Source: a virus (taxonomy: Duplodnaviria; Caudoviricetes). Taken from it: a stretch of DNA of 31,497 nt. A program made the position numbers and the translations under genes. The notes beneath the pieces were generated by a model. It saw only the letters and a list, made by a program, of their open reading frames with translations. It was not told the DNA's origin and searched no databases. The stretch covers positions 1-31,497 of the IMG/VR virus record IMGVR_UViG_3300016675_000269. One strand, written 5' to 3'. Positions 18,194 through 26,636 of the stretch are shown here, piece after piece; within the stretch, counting starts at the first letter, position 1; the number at the start of each line of letters is the position of its first letter.

Positions 18194-19702
18194 TCAGTTA
18201 ACGACTTCAGGTTGATTGGTGTCGAACAGGACAACCACTCGGCCTGCGCGGGCTACTGAGAACCGGATCTCGAAGCTGTCGTCGTTCAGAAGAGTAACAG
18301 GGGCGAACTCCATCTCACCTGAAGAGGCGAAGATGAAGTAGGCGAAGTTCAACGTGCTCATGCCGTGGTTGATCGTCCACACCGCAGAGGGGTTACTGAC
18401 ACTGAACGTCCGCACGACGATGTTCATTCGAGCGGAGAACTCCGTGATGGCTTGACGATCGGTAGGCGACATGAAGCCTGGTGCGGTCAAGGAAGCCAGC
18501 GCGTGCAGCGTTCCGCCAGGGAGATCCCCGTGGGCGTGGCTGTGGTCTGCCCGAGAAAGCATATTGGCGGCACCTGCCGATCCAAAGACCGACAAGGTCG
18601 AAGGTACGCTGTCGGACATGTAGTCTTCGACCTGGAAACCAGGTGAACTGCCGCCGCCAGTCAGGCCTGCGTTAGCAATAGCACTTTGCACCCAACCTCG
18701 GTTGGCCGCATCACCCGGATTAACAGGGTTAGCAACGTTCTGAATTCGGAAGCTACCCATGCTCAAATGGCTTTCCATTTGAACACTACCATCCTTGCGG
18801 ATAAAGCTCGAGAGGGGAGTGGTAACCAGCTCGTTCAGTTGGGCCGCAGTCAGGTCGGGCCGCAGTTGGCTCAGGAGGGTCGCCACTGCAGGGCGAAGAG
18901 AAGTAGCCTTCAAGACGATGAAGGAATCCCCTTGAGAAGGGAGCTCAGCCAAGGCAGCGCCAAACTGATAGGTCCGCGTTGCGGAGGAATAGCTAGAGAT
19001 GACACGACACAGACCGTGATTCACCCCGGACACGAACTGCAGAATCAGTTCACCTTGGTAGGAGGGAGCAATAGCCGGATCGGAAGCCCGAATCCACATT
19101 GTGGCTGCGGTTTCGACTTGGCCAGAGAAAGCAACCTCAGTGTGAGTTGAGAAGCTCCAGATGCTGTTGTTCGACAGCGCCAGCATGCTCTGGTTGGTGT
19201 CGATTGGGTTAGGAGCCAAAATGAGGTTTGGACGTGCATCTACAGCACGAGGCAGGAGATCAACGGAGCCTACGTCCTGCGCGTTCAGGCTGTCTTGAGA
19301 CTCGCTGAACTGCGCGTAAAGGTGAGCCTCCGCCTCATCGATAGAGATGTAGCAGTCAATAGCAAAGCGACGAGGGGTGTTAGCACTACCTTGAATAGAG
19401 ATAGCAGGGTTGTTTGTGCCGATAGCAAACAGGAGGCCGTCAGTCGTGAACAACCCAACTTGGTTGAATTCCAGGTTGGTTGTAATGCCTTCCATCACCA
19501 CCACATACTTGATGAGGTTAGCTGACTGCGAGACAGGGGCGGAAGGTGTTCCACGACCAACCTCAGTGCCGACGATGTCCGCCTGGTTTGGGTTCGGAAC
19601 GTAGTAGTTAGGCGTATAGCCGAGTTTGAAGAGGGCAAGAGTAGGTGGGTTCGCTGAGTTGCGAAGAAGAGCCTCACCAGCCGGAGTGGTCACAAACCGC
19701 AT
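18194..19702 (-). CDS. Baseplate/tail fibre anchor protein, paralogue B (502 aa)
   Basis: The first ~340 aa align by eye with 1560..3539. Also has SRADHSH..H..HALA....PGFMS..D fibre motifs and a C-terminal WTINHGM..FEIRF domain. SD AAGGA. Confidence 0.65.
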   Translation of the reverse strand: MRFVTTPAGEALLRNSANPPTLALFKLGYTPNYYVPNPNQADIVGTEVGRGTPSAPVSQSANLIKYVVVMEGITTNLEFNQVGLFTTDGLLFAIGTNNPAISIQGSANTPRRFAIDCYISIDEAEAHLYAQFSESQDSLNAQDVGSVDLLPRAVDARPNLILAPNPIDTNQSMLALSNNSIWSFSTHTEVAFSGQVETAATMWIRASDPAIAPSYQGELILQFVSGVNHGLCRVISSYSSATRTYQFGAALAELPSQGDSFIVLKATSLRPAVATLLSQLRPDLTAAQLNELVTTPLSSFIRKDGSVQMESHLSMGSFRIQNVANPVNPGDAANRGWVQSAIANAGLTGGGSSPGFQVEDYMSDSVPSTLSVFGSAGAANMLSRADHSHAHGDLPGGTLHALASLTAPGFMSPTDRQAITEFSARMNIVVRTFSVSNPSAVWTINHGMSTLNFAYFIFASSGEMEFAPVTLLNDDSFEIRFSVARAGRVVVLFDTNQPEVVN

Positions 19703-19727
19703 GAGATTTCCTTTTTAGGTTGAAGAG

Positions 19728-19749
19728 GGGAGGCGGATCGCCGCCTCCC
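19728..19749 (-). terminator. 9-bp GC hairpin, possible weak terminator or RNA-stabilising stem
   Basis: GGGAGGCGG-atcg-CCGCCTCCC in an intergenic gap; only CTCTTC follows on the minus strand. Confidence 0.5.
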
Positions 19750-19774
19750 GTAGCTGTTACCCTGGCGAGAATTC

Positions 19775-20614
19775 TCAGAGGGCGGCTTGCTCTTCGATTT
19801 CCTTGATGACCTTCTTCAGGTAGTCAGGAGCATAGAAGTACAGCTTCTTGTAGTACTCAATGCTATCAGAGGTTGGCATCTTGGCCGAAGTCAGCTTTTG
19901 CGCCTTAGCTTCCACCTTGGCAGCAGAGACTACCTTCTCGCGGACAGCGGAGGTGTCTACACCGTAGACACCGACGATTTCCAGAGGCGAAACCAGGATT
20001 GGGTGAGAGGAGTCTGCGGAGGCGATGATCGACTTCTCCCCTTGATGACCGACACAGAAGCCGTAGTCAACGAACGGGGTACCCAGGCCATTAGAGTTCA
20101 CAAAAGCCACCACGGTTTGAGGCGCAGCAGAAGCAGCGGCAACCGAATGCATGCGAGGCATGGAACCGCGAGGCGAAACGCGAGAGGCCTCGATCAGCTC
20201 GGTCAGATCATCGCGACCTTGACGAGCCAGATAACGGCCACCGGCACCACTCTTCAATTCCCAGAGAGACTCGTCGTTTTTGTCCAGGTAAAGGTTGCTG
20301 GCAATGAGACGATAACCCTGGGCTTCCACTTTGGTAGGGTCTTCGATGAGACGCGTGGCATTGACGGCGGCCACGTACCCGAGCATGGAATGACCGGGAA
20401 CCAACCAACGGAAGGAGTTCTCAATCGGAGAGGCGGCATTGTTCAAGGCAGAGGCCAGAGTGGCCATGACTGCGGTCTTGTCCAGGCGATGAGCTTCATC
20501 GGAGGCAACTTGAACCAGCACTTGCGCAACACGGTCGTTGACCAGGCGATACTCAGTGATGGAGCAGGAAGCTTGAGTCAGACCTTGCAGCAGGGAAGCG
20601 GTGATACGAGACAT
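19775..20614 (-). CDS. Probable abundant virion structural protein (279 aa)
   Basis: Strong SD (AAGGA), Ala-rich, followed by a hairpin. The antisense frame stays open along the whole gene, consistent with strong codon bias. Function not recognised. Confidence 0.6.
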   Translation of the reverse strand: MSRITASLLQGLTQASCSITEYRLVNDRVAQVLVQVASDEAHRLDKTAVMATLASALNNAASPIENSFRWLVPGHSMLGYVAAVNATRLIEDPTKVEAQGYRLIASNLYLDKNDESLWELKSGAGGRYLARQGRDDLTELIEASRVSPRGSMPRMHSVAAASAAPQTVVAFVNSNGLGTPFVDYGFCVGHQGEKSIIASADSSHPILVSPLEIVGVYGVDTSAVREKVVSAAKVEAKAQKLTSAKMPTSDSIEYYKKLYFYAPDYLKKVIKEIEEQAAL

Positions 20615-20676
20615 GATTGAATTCCTTGAAATGAGAGGGAAGTAATAATCGAAACAGGGTGTCGGCGAGCTGTTGA

Positions 20677-21159
20677 TCAGGAGAGATCACTCTCTTCAGA
20701 GATTGATTCTGGATCTTCCATCATCACACTCATGACACGGTAGATGATTTGCTCAAGTTCTTCTGCCGACATTCGAACCGCCGTCGCCAGTGCGTGCATT
20801 TCTTCATCGGTCGGAGACGGGTTCATTCGAAAGAAAGAAGTGAGCAGGTCGTAGACTCGGAGTTCTTCGGAATCGGGTTCCGGAGAGTCTTCCTCCTCGT
20901 CCTCCTCGTCCTCCTCGTCCTCCTCTTCCTCCTCTTCGAGGACGATGATCTTAGTAACATCGTCGTCCTCAAATTCAGGGGTGGTCAAGACCTCGGCAGG
21001 AGGAGTCGGGGGATCTTCAACCGGCGATTCAGGTAGAGTACCTGGAGTCAGAGTAAGAGGCTCTGAGGGTAACTCCACCGGGACGTCTACCGGAAGGTTA
21101 TCAAGTTGGTGCTCAGCTTCCTGAGAAAGGTCTGTTGCAAGGATTTTCAAAGTGGGCAT
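20677..21159 (-). CDS. Highly acidic Pro/Glu-rich protein with homeodomain-like three-helix C-terminus (160 aa)
   Basis: SD GGAGG. Poly-E/D tract followed by LTSFFRMNPSPTDEEMHALATAVRMSAEELEQIIY. Confidence 0.65.
   Translation of the reverse strand: MPTLKILATDLSQEAEHQLDNLPVDVPVELPSEPLTLTPGTLPESPVEDPPTPPAEVLTTPEFEDDDVTKIIVLEEEEEEDEEDEEDEEEDSPEPDSEELRVYDLLTSFFRMNPSPTDEEMHALATAVRMSAEELEQIIYRVMSVMMEDPESISEESDLS
20891..20937. repeat. Tandem 9-bp repeat (TCCTCCTCG x3, then TCCTCCTCT x2) encoding a poly-acidic tract
   Basis: Read directly from the sequence. Confidence 0.85.
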
Positions 21160-21190
21160 TTGTAGCCTCCGTTAGTTTGCAGGACTTGCC

Positions 21191-21535
21191 TCAAGGGCGA
21201 CGTTTACCGAACTTAGGCTTTGTGCTGCCTAGAGTGAGCGGTTTGATAGAAGGAGCACTAGGCTTCCTCATGTGAGAGTGTCTCTTTTCGTGGCAGGTCA
21301 AACATAGAAGGGTCAGGTTTGACTTCTTAGTAAGACCTCCTCTACTGAGAGGCACGATATGATGCACATCTCCTCTACCCGGACCAAGATAGGTCTTGCA
21401 GCCAGTGCAGGTAAAGCTATAGAACATGCGAACCTCGTCTGCTAGTTCGTACCAGCCACCTATGCTGCCGTCTACCTTATAGGTGTCCCGAACGATACGA
21501 GCAACAGCCGATGGTTTGGATTTGAAGAAGGCCAT
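21191..21535 (-). CDS. HNH endonuclease (114 aa)
   Basis: CTGC..DVHHIVPLSRGG....NLTLLCLTCHEKRH. Confidence 0.93.
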   Translation of the reverse strand: MAFFKSKPSAVARIVRDTYKVDGSIGGWYELADEVRMFYSFTCTGCKTYLGPGRGDVHHIVPLSRGGLTKKSNLTLLCLTCHEKRHSHMRKPSAPSIKPLTLGSTKPKFGKRRP

Positions 21536-21541
21536 GAGAGC

Positions 21542-23023
21542 TCATCGGGGAAAGAGAAGACCCCGCATCCGCCCCAGGTGAGAGACAGGGGTCACTGTAA
21601 TACCAAGCATTGGTCGATTACCGTTACTTCCACGGTCAACGTTACCACTACCACCAGAAGTGCCACCGTATTTCAATGACACTTTGTAGGGGCGGATGTC
21701 GTTGTCCAGACGAGCTTGCAAGGTATCAGCAAGGTTTTGATAGTACTGAGCCTTGTCTACATCCAGGGAGATAGCCTGACCCGAGAAGTTAAAGGCTTTC
21801 TCACCCTCGGCAAGAGCCTGAGCACGAAGCATTGCCACCTCCGAAAACCGAAGCCAGAACTCTCGCACCCCTCCGGTAGCGTCAGTCATGTCAAAGGTTG
21901 TCCAAAACTGACCGGCCGCGTTGAAATCGTCTTTGCCGCGTCGCAGCCAAGACATGATAGTCGGCACATCGAACAGCATGTCAGGCTGACCAAGCAAGGT
22001 AGTTCTTGCTTTAGAGACCTGCATGCGAACGTCTTCAATCGCCACCGAGATGGAAGGATTGATTATGAACAGCTTAGCAGTCTCGCGAAAGACTTGGTTC
22101 GGGGACGCAGTATTCCAGTATTTCCAGCTGACTGCATAGGGATCCAGAGTAGCGGTCAGCTGAGAGGTGTCTACTCCGATTGAGTAGTACCAACCCGTAG
22201 AGACTCGAACCGGCTTTGCATCCAGCACCACTTCGGTCAAAACGGTGTTACCCCTCGCAAGCTGAATCGAGACGTTATCGTATGGCTGCTCTGTAACCAG
22301 AGAGAGCAATGCGTTGTCACCGACCATCTCCACCGTGTCCATGGAGCCAGTGGGTACGGTAGCAACAGGGAGAACCCGAATAGCCTCAAAGGCGTATTCG
22401 ACCGGACGCCCGGTAACGGTCAAAGACCATCTCAGCTGGAATCGCTCACCCTGAAGCGTCTCCGGGGTGAAGCTGGGGGTGTGGATTACTGCAGTTCCGC
22501 TGACGACAACCGCGAAGCTGTCAACTTGGAGATCAGTTTCAAAGCAGTTCCCAGAAGAGAGGAGATGACCGGCGCTGTCGAATAACTCCCATTCCACCAA
22601 AGCTCCAGAGGCATCCGTACCGGGAGGCAGGATGAACATGCCACGTCCGATAGACGCCTCACCTGCAACCATTTCACCTGTCAGCGTCTGAAAGGCAAAC
22701 GGGTTACGGGTTCTGTAAGGAACGTCCAGATTGTTCTTAACCAGAACAGCCACCGGTTGAGTTAGCGTCAATCCGGAAGAGGTTGTCAGCGTTAGCAACA
22801 ACCCATAAGATACATTGTCGTCTCCACCTTCAATAACCAGCCCCACGACGCTCCCGGTTACAGGAGTCTGAATCGTTACTGACAAGGCAGGTGACGAAGT
22901 AGGGGAGATAGGACCGACAGTTGCAGATACCAGAGTCTCATTCGAGGCTAACTTCGAAGACAGGTCTAGACTCGTAGCTAAGGTGCTTTCAAGCTCCTTT
23001 ACGAATACGGCTGATTGCTGCAC
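21542..23023 (-). CDS. Virion structural protein, probable head-tail adaptor/neck with Ig-like N-terminal domains (493 aa)
   Basis: GTG start after AGGAG. N-terminal DLS..L...ETL.S..IEGG....Y.L.LTLTTSSG beta-sandwich, and helical C-terminus (QALAEGEKAFNFSGQAISLDVDKAQYYQ) resembling large-phage neck proteins. The specific role is inferred. Confidence 0.5.
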   Translation of the reverse strand: MQQSAVFVKELESTLATSLDLSSKLASNETLVSATVGPISPTSSPALSVTIQTPVTGSVVGLVIEGGDDNVSYGLLLTLTTSSGLTLTQPVAVLVKNNLDVPYRTRNPFAFQTLTGEMVAGEASIGRGMFILPPGTDASGALVEWELFDSAGHLLSSGNCFETDLQVDSFAVVVSGTAVIHTPSFTPETLQGERFQLRWSLTVTGRPVEYAFEAIRVLPVATVPTGSMDTVEMVGDNALLSLVTEQPYDNVSIQLARGNTVLTEVVLDAKPVRVSTGWYYSIGVDTSQLTATLDPYAVSWKYWNTASPNQVFRETAKLFIINPSISVAIEDVRMQVSKARTTLLGQPDMLFDVPTIMSWLRRGKDDFNAAGQFWTTFDMTDATGGVREFWLRFSEVAMLRAQALAEGEKAFNFSGQAISLDVDKAQYYQNLADTLQARLDNDIRPYKVSLKYGGTSGGSGNVDRGSNGNRPMLGITVTPVSHLGRMRGLLFPR

Positions 23024-23399
23024 TTGTTTCTCCTGAGGAAAGGTCTTCTGTGCGCGTTTCGTAAGCTGCGAAGTGCCAACCTACTCGAGGTCGGCATACG
23101 TAACCAGGCAGATAAACTCCGAAAAGCTCTGCCGTGAAGTTACACACCTGGATACGGTAGAAGTGATAGAGGCCAAAGACGGCCAAGGCTGTATAGACCA
23201 CTGTGGCGTGGAATGGCATGGATGCGGGATTCCGAGTGACGGACTCCAACCCGAAGAGAGTAGCCAGCCATACGCAGAAGACAAGGAAGAGAGTTGGAGT
23301 CGAGGTCTTGACTCTATCCGTCCAAACTAACCAGAGGCATAGAGTAGATACCGTACCAGTGGAAAGAATGTTCAACAGCGCTACTAGATCTTTTTCCAT
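22989..23399 (-). CDS. Membrane protein with ~3 TM helices (possible holin partner; 136 aa)
   Basis: Start moved to MEKDL (SD GGAGAGG). Three hydrophobic segments. Begins 1 nt after the holin-like gene and overlaps the next gene by 35 nt. Confidence 0.55.
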   Translation of the reverse strand: MEKDLVALLNILSTGTVSTLCLWLVWTDRVKTSTPTLFLVFCVWLATLFGLESVTRNPASMPFHATVVYTALAVFGLYHFYRIQVCNFTAELFGVYLPGYVCRPRVGWHFAAYETRTEDLSSGETSAAISRIRKGA

Positions 23400-23400
23400 T

Positions 23401-23778
23401 TTATGCCTCTCCAGAACCATTAGAGCCACCGGCATACTTCTGGCGGATAGTTGAAATGATCTTAGGAATCTCGTTCAGCACAGCACCAACAAACGCGAGA
23501 CCGAAGACCGCGAAACCGAACATCAATGCATCAGCGACATGGGTGTTACTGATATCCAGGTACTCAGACACACCTCTACCGAAAAAGGTCCCCGTGGCCC
23601 ATGCGGACAACCAAGCGGTCAGCAGTTTCCAACGAGATAGCCCCTCAGGCAGAAACCTGAGAGACACAAAAGCTCCGAATGCTGACGGTACAACTTGAAC
23701 GATGGTCTTGAAAACCAAAGCCACAGCGGTAGCAAGAGCTTCAGGAGATAGATAGTTGGTGATAGGTTCAGTGGCCAT
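23401..23778 (-). CDS. Putative holin (125 aa)
   Basis: About three TM segments with the pattern AFGAFVSLRF..W...FFG..V.EYL..FG.AVFGL, plus a short basic C-terminal tail. SD GGGGAG. Confidence 0.6.
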   Translation of the reverse strand: MATEPITNYLSPEALATAVALVFKTIVQVVPSAFGAFVSLRFLPEGLSRWKLLTAWLSAWATGTFFGRGVSEYLDISNTHVADALMFGFAVFGLAFVGAVLNEIPKIISTIRQKYAGGSNGSGEA

Positions 23779-23793
23779 GATACTCCCTCTAGC

Positions 23794-24960
23794 TCAAGAG
23801 CCTTGATTGATGACTTTAACGACGCGATCCAGTGTCTCCTCGTCCACGTTGAACCGATCTGCCAGGAAAGACAAGTCTTCGGCGGACACCGGAGGTGCCG
23901 ATCGAGGACTCACGAAGTAGAAACGAATCTCGTCTCCATCCTTCGCCTTCTTAACGGACATCCTCAGTTTAGCGTCAATACGACGCTGGATAGAGTTCAG
24001 CTCCTTGTATAGCTGAGCAACGATGTTGTCCGTCAGACCGTCTTGCTTTGCCCTTGGCTTCAGCTTAAAGTGGATTTCCTGTTCTTCAATGGTGACCGTC
24101 TTGATGTAGGCCGCGTATGAGAACATATTCCGTTCAATCTTGGAAGGCTTAAGAACGACGTTCATTGGCAACGAGCCGATAGAGTTCTCAAAGTTATCCA
24201 AGGAGAGAAGGAGGTTCAGAGACTTAACTACATCCTTGGGGTTGTTCACCTTCCGAACCAGAAGGTCCTTCGAAGGCGGAGCAAACTTATGCAGGATAGC
24301 CACATACAAACCGGTGTTCTCACCGGTTCGCAGCGAGCAGCAGATGAACAAGTCTGGGAAGACCTGGTCATCTTCGTCTTGCGCATTCTTCAAGTGAATG
24401 TAGTTGGAGAAGACGATATCGCCTTCCGACTCGAAGACATACGAGAAAAGGGTAGCGGACTCGTAAACAACCGAACGTTCGAGCGTGGCGGCGACAACCT
24501 GAGTCATACCTTGAAGAGCCTCAGGCATGTGTTTCTTGGCCAAGTTTGCCAAGAAGCCAAAGGCTTCTCCTAGAGACTGATCGATCTGGCGTTTGAGTTT
24601 TGCCAGTTCGGTCTCAGCCTTAGAGGTGTTGACATTCTTCCCTTGGAAAGAGGTGGCCAGTTTAGCCTCAGTCATCTCCAGAGCGTTACGCATGTCGTAA
24701 AGCTCTTGCACCAGCGCATAGTTGTTGCGGAGCTTCTCGATACTCGGGATGGAGACTCGAGTAGGCTTTGTATGGATTACTGGAGACTTCTTGTCACCGA
24801 CATCAATCTCGAGAGTGATGCCGGCCGTCTCCAGGAGTTTCTGGGTTTGGCGTTGAACAGAAACCAGCTCCTCGACACGCTGGGAGATCTTTCGAATTGC
24901 GCGGTTGACATCCTCCAGATTAGAGAAAGTTTCCGCAAGGATTTTGTGCATGAATCGCAT
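23794..24960 (-). CDS. Hypothetical, probable virion protein with coiled-coil N-terminus (388 aa)
   Basis: SD AAGGTGA, N-terminal HKILAE motif, downstream of motif copy 2. Confidence 0.7.
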   Translation of the reverse strand: MRFMHKILAETFSNLEDVNRAIRKISQRVEELVSVQRQTQKLLETAGITLEIDVGDKKSPVIHTKPTRVSIPSIEKLRNNYALVQELYDMRNALEMTEAKLATSFQGKNVNTSKAETELAKLKRQIDQSLGEAFGFLANLAKKHMPEALQGMTQVVAATLERSVVYESATLFSYVFESEGDIVFSNYIHLKNAQDEDDQVFPDLFICCSLRTGENTGLYVAILHKFAPPSKDLLVRKVNNPKDVVKSLNLLLSLDNFENSIGSLPMNVVLKPSKIERNMFSYAAYIKTVTIEEQEIHFKLKPRAKQDGLTDNIVAQLYKELNSIQRRIDAKLRMSVKKAKDGDEIRFYFVSPRSAPPVSAEDLSFLADRFNVDEETLDRVVKVINQGS

Positions 24961-24971
24961 TTCAGTTCACC

Positions 24972-25406
24972 TTATGTTGGCGATTGCCTCATCTTCAACC
25001 GACGAATGAATTCTTTTCGTAGTCTGCGGTCAGTAGGCACGAGCGTCCAGGACTCCAAACGCTGGGCTGTCCAGGATGAGACGTCTACTCGGCTCAGGAT
25101 AGACATAAAATTGGGGGCGTCCGCAGCTGCCTTTACAGCAGGCGGAGGCTGTTTGTGTCTATTCCGAAGGTGCTCAGGCGTGGTATTTACTGGGCTTCGA
25201 GGCTTCTCGTTTCGAAGCTGATCCAAGATGTTGAGGATGTTATCCAGCGTAATGGGCTTGCGCTTCTTTTCGACTTGATCTCGAGCGTAAGCAAACCTCT
25301 GCCGAATCTCAGGGACGGATACGCGATAGCGGTTGGCCAGCTTGGTGAAGAACTCCGCTTCATCTTTACTGGCATCAACTACTGTCGGACTTGCGAAGTT
25401 CTTCAT
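24972..25406 (-). CDS. Basic hypothetical protein (144 aa)
   Basis: Fills the operon gap; Arg/Lys-rich helical sequence. Confidence 0.65.
   Translation of the reverse strand: MKNFASPTVVDASKDEAEFFTKLANRYRVSVPEIRQRFAYARDQVEKKRKPITLDNILNILDQLRNEKPRSPVNTTPEHLRNRHKQPPPAVKAAADAPNFMSILSRVDVSSWTAQRLESWTLVPTDRRLRKEFIRRLKMRQSPT
25100..25115 (-). promoter_or_regulatory. Motif copy 2, CCCAATTTTATGTCTA (15/16 match), inside a CDS
   Basis: Plus strand reads TAGACATAAAATTGGG; about 140 nt upstream of the start at 24960. Confidence 0.5.
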
Positions 25407-25420
25407 GTCTAACTGTCTTA

Positions 25421-25840
25421 TCAGTGATAAGCAATGGTCAGGGCTGCCATAGCCGTATTCCAGTGAAGAGTGAAGTTCGCATCCTTGTGGTCAACGATGA
25501 AGTGCGACTCACCAATACCAGAGAGCGGCACACGAGTAACCTCTACTTCGGCTGCAAGGTCCTCTACCTCCGAAGCGTCGAGAACCTCAGCCTTGGATCC
25601 GTCCCAATCAATGAGAGTAAGAGACGCATGAAACTTTTTCAGAAGACCTTCTACTTCGGTGTTGCCTTGATTCGCGTACTCCGGATCGAAGTCTTCCCAA
25701 TCGTAGACGAACGAGTCTGCGTGGGGACTAACTCGAGGACAGACTGCCAGCTTGACTCCAAAGACTTGGTCGCAGACTTTCACCACGTCAGCTTTCGCCA
25801 GGTTGGCTTGAACTTTGGAGGAAAGGATTTGGATGCTCAT
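25421..25840 (-). CDS. Acidic hypothetical protein (139 aa)
   Basis: SD AGGA; N-terminal IQILSSKVQA motif. Confidence 0.7.
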   Translation of the reverse strand: MSIQILSSKVQANLAKADVVKVCDQVFGVKLAVCPRVSPHADSFVYDWEDFDPEYANQGNTEVEGLLKKFHASLTLIDWDGSKAEVLDASEVEDLAAEVEVTRVPLSGIGESHFIVDHKDANFTLHWNTAMAALTIAYH

Positions 25841-25875
25841 AAAGATTCCTAAAGAGAGAAGGTTGAAAAAAGAGA

Positions 25876-26625
25876 TTACTTCTTGGTAAGGTTTTTACCT
25901 TGACGAGTACGCGGATCCTGCTTATTCAGCCAGGAAAGGTTCTCATCAGAAGCCGGGATAGAGAAGACGATGTTTACACCGTGATACGGTGAGATCAAGC
26001 GGAAGTGTTTTCCATCCGAGGAGAATCGCCAACCTAGTGGATCCCCACGTTCAAACTCGTAGGTTTTACCTCGACGCTCCAGATGAAGAACTTTCGTTTT
26101 CAGCTTGAACATCGTATAGTATTCCATGCCTAGAATGCGAGCTTCCACTGATTGGGTAAACCCCTCTTTTGAAGGAGGCTCCCATGCGGAAAGGCGCTCA
26201 GGGTCTACGACGTATTCACCATCGTCGTCAGAACCTAGAAGGTAGTCCGGAGTCGCAACCACGGAGTAGCTTCGAAAGAAGCTTTTGGAACCCTCTCGAA
26301 GGAATGGTGTGGCACTGACGCGAGCCTGGATAAAATTGCCGGCGGAGAGCTCCGCTCGAACGAGGTCTCCGACTTGAAATCGGGAGCACAGAACCGGTGG
26401 TGTTCCGCTGATCTCATACGATCCGGCAGCCAACTCAGCCTTCGTTAGATACTCATCAGGATTTAGGCCGAACTTGGCGGCCAGGACACCTAGTTGCGTA
26501 TCCTTAGAGCTCGGGTCTTTGGAGACGGCAGCACACAGCTTACCGTAGGAAACGCTCAAGGCCAGAGTGGAGACTGCCTCTTGGAGAGAGCTATGCGATT
26601 TGATGAAACGTCGTTGCTTACTCAT
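25876..26625 (-). CDS. Hypothetical protein (249 aa)
   Basis: Start moved to MSKQRR (ATG at 26625, SD AAGGA), which removes the overlap with the upstream gene. FQVGDLVRA may be SH3/KOW-like. Confidence 0.7.
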   Translation of the reverse strand: MSKQRRFIKSHSSLQEAVSTLALSVSYGKLCAAVSKDPSSKDTQLGVLAAKFGLNPDEYLTKAELAAGSYEISGTPPVLCSRFQVGDLVRAELSAGNFIQARVSATPFLREGSKSFFRSYSVVATPDYLLGSDDDGEYVVDPERLSAWEPPSKEGFTQSVEARILGMEYYTMFKLKTKVLHLERRGKTYEFERGDPLGWRFSSDGKHFRLISPYHGVNIVFSIPASDENLSWLNKQDPRTRQGKNLTKK

Positions 26626-26636
26626 TTGATGATCCT

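Noticed and set aside
19787-20620. 277-aa plus-strand ORF mirroring 19775..20614
   Set aside because: Codon-aligned antisense frame, open because the sense gene avoids TTA, CTA and TCA codons; used only as a hint of codon bias.
26329-26340. Partial motif match GATAAAATTGCC
   Set aside because: Only the AT-rich core matches, it is mid-gene, and it could easily be chance.
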